DNA of 49,254 nt, the filler included, from Catajapyx aquilonaris (Eukaryota): NCBI GenBank assembly GCA_000934665.2. It is 3 parts of 3 records of this genome, joined end to end, with 100 filler letters (N's around TTAATTAATTAA, not from the genome) between each part and the next. Parts side by side here need not be neighbours in the genome. Positions count along the whole stretch, not along the records: positions 32,909 to 49,254 come from JYFJ02007227.1; 2 more parts are not named here. The stretch is one strand, 5' to 3'. Numbering within the stretch: position 1 is the first letter of the stretch; the number at the start of each line of letters is the position of its first letter. Below are positions 48,090 through 49,254 of this stretch, piece by piece. The position numbers and the translations under genes are program-made. Under the pieces are notes generated by a model. It worked only from the letters and a program-made list of their open reading frames with translations, was not told the origin of the DNA and made no database searches.

Positions 48090-48477
48090 GAGTGGAAGTG
48101 CCATGAATTCATCTGCCAAAATGATACAAGTGGTCCTGGGGGTGCGTATGGAAGAATCATGGCACAGGTCCGAAATGCCGGCGACGATGTCTATCCTGAT
48201 AAGTATAGACACCCCATACATACCTGCATCGCTGGTTGCTATGATCAGGTTGAGCAATGGTCTGGCGGGTCTGGGAGTGCGAGCACCTGGCCACCGGCAA
48301 CCAGCAATGCAAGCATGCACAGGGGTATCCATACCTGTAAGGACAGACATTGTCGAGGTCAACGGTCTATATCTCCATAACGGATCGTAGCCGGCCTTTC
48401 GGACCCATGCCATGCCTCTTCCATACATACCCCCTACCACCCGTATCATATTGGCACATTTATTCGTGAACACCCTG
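48090..48477. mobile_element. Foldback MITE with ~150-bp diverged arms, CAGGGTG-type (Tc1/mariner-like) end
   Basis: 48098-48240 is the reverse complement of ~48296-48473 (GTATGGAAGA / TCTTCCATAC; GGTCCGAAA.GCCGGC / GCCGGC.TTTCGGACC; GCTGGTTGC / GCAACCAGC). Right end CACCCTG|TA. Confidence 0.78.
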
Positions 48478-48762
48478 TAGAGTGAATAATAGACTTTGTC
48501 CCTTTGTAAAAGTCTAAAATTATGTCCTTCGACATTTCAAAATTGTGTTTAAAATTATCTGTGTAATCCATTTGTATAGTACATAGGGTAGCAGATACAA
48601 TGTCAAGGGATCTATATTATTAATCCCCGACTGTGATGGAAACTCCTCCCGCAGCGTGGGGCCTACAGCATTGGGAGTGATGACAAAATTTAGCCCGCGT
48701 TTTCTATATTTGCAAACCATTTTTGTTTTTTGGAAACGGTGCCCAGGGACTATGTCAAATGC

Positions 48763-48774
48763 AAAAAAAAAAAA

Positions 48775-48807
<33 letters not shown>
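48763..48807. repeat. Compound poly-A/(GAC)n/(GGC)n microsatellite
   Basis: Seen directly. Confidence 0.85.
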
Positions 48808-49254
48808 AAGTTCCACGGAATTCCCCATGCCGCCGCATCCATCTATGCGAGGAAAATGGTACTACATAGACAGTTTTGCCAAATGTTGGCAACTTATTTG
48901 ATGATTGCGTTACTAGTATTCGCCAGTCTTTTGTACGGGTAATTATTATTTACAGTGTATTAAATTATTTGAATATGGAATGTTCAGCACCTCTTAGTTA
49001 TCCATATATACCATATAACTTTTGGCCTGTTGACCTCAGTCTGGAACTAAACTGTAATGGGTGATTCTCCAAAAACTTACCAATACCATGGCCCAGCATA
49101 ATAACTCGAAAATGGCTTGACTGAGAGAGTTGATTTTTTTTAACATTTGGAGAAGCAGTTGACACCTAGCCATCTCCATGAAAACAAAGAAAAATCTGAA
49201 ATTAAGTTTTACTGCAAAAGAAAATGTCAAATGGCCTAAAATCACTATGGGGAA

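Noticed and set aside
47973..48473. Overlapping 135-aa (+) and 129-aa (-) ORFs with similar peptides (HTCIAGC / HACIAGC)
   Set aside because: The similarity results from the inverted repeat; no recognisable domain.
1..49254. A functional GR + SLC22 + dynein + Hs3st 'chemosensory module'
   Set aside because: The gene groups lie in different blocks separated by artificial spacers, and nothing in the sequence shows co-regulation.

Overview
Intron-rich eukaryotic genomic DNA, almost certainly arthropod (gustatory receptor genes, a CCTAA/TTAGG-type repeat). It consists of three ~16.35-kb blocks separated by two 100-nt N spacers, each containing TTAATTAATTAA, so adjacency across the spacers is unproven. 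Block 1 (1-16367) holds a tandem array of five intact, same-strand gustatory-receptor (GR) genes ending in TYF(I/V)IIxQ(F/L), a decayed fibrinogen-domain fragment and a hAT-type MITE. Block 2 (16468-32808) holds two highly similar SLC22 organic-ion transporter genes on the minus strand (one cut by the gap, both with a probable GC-AG intron) and a divergent dynein light chain roadblock gene head-to-head with them. It also carries a decayed LINE and a ~211-bp tandem array of tRNA-like Pol III units with an extended anticodon-position hairpin and oligo-T terminators. Block 3 (32909-49254) holds the last coding exon of heparan sulfate 3-O-sulfotransferase (Hs3st-B type). After it comes a CpG-poor region dense in foldback elements/MITEs, two tRNA-derived SINEs and an internally deleted mariner nested in an older foldback element. 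All exon models were derived by eye from GT/AG sites and reading-frame continuity.
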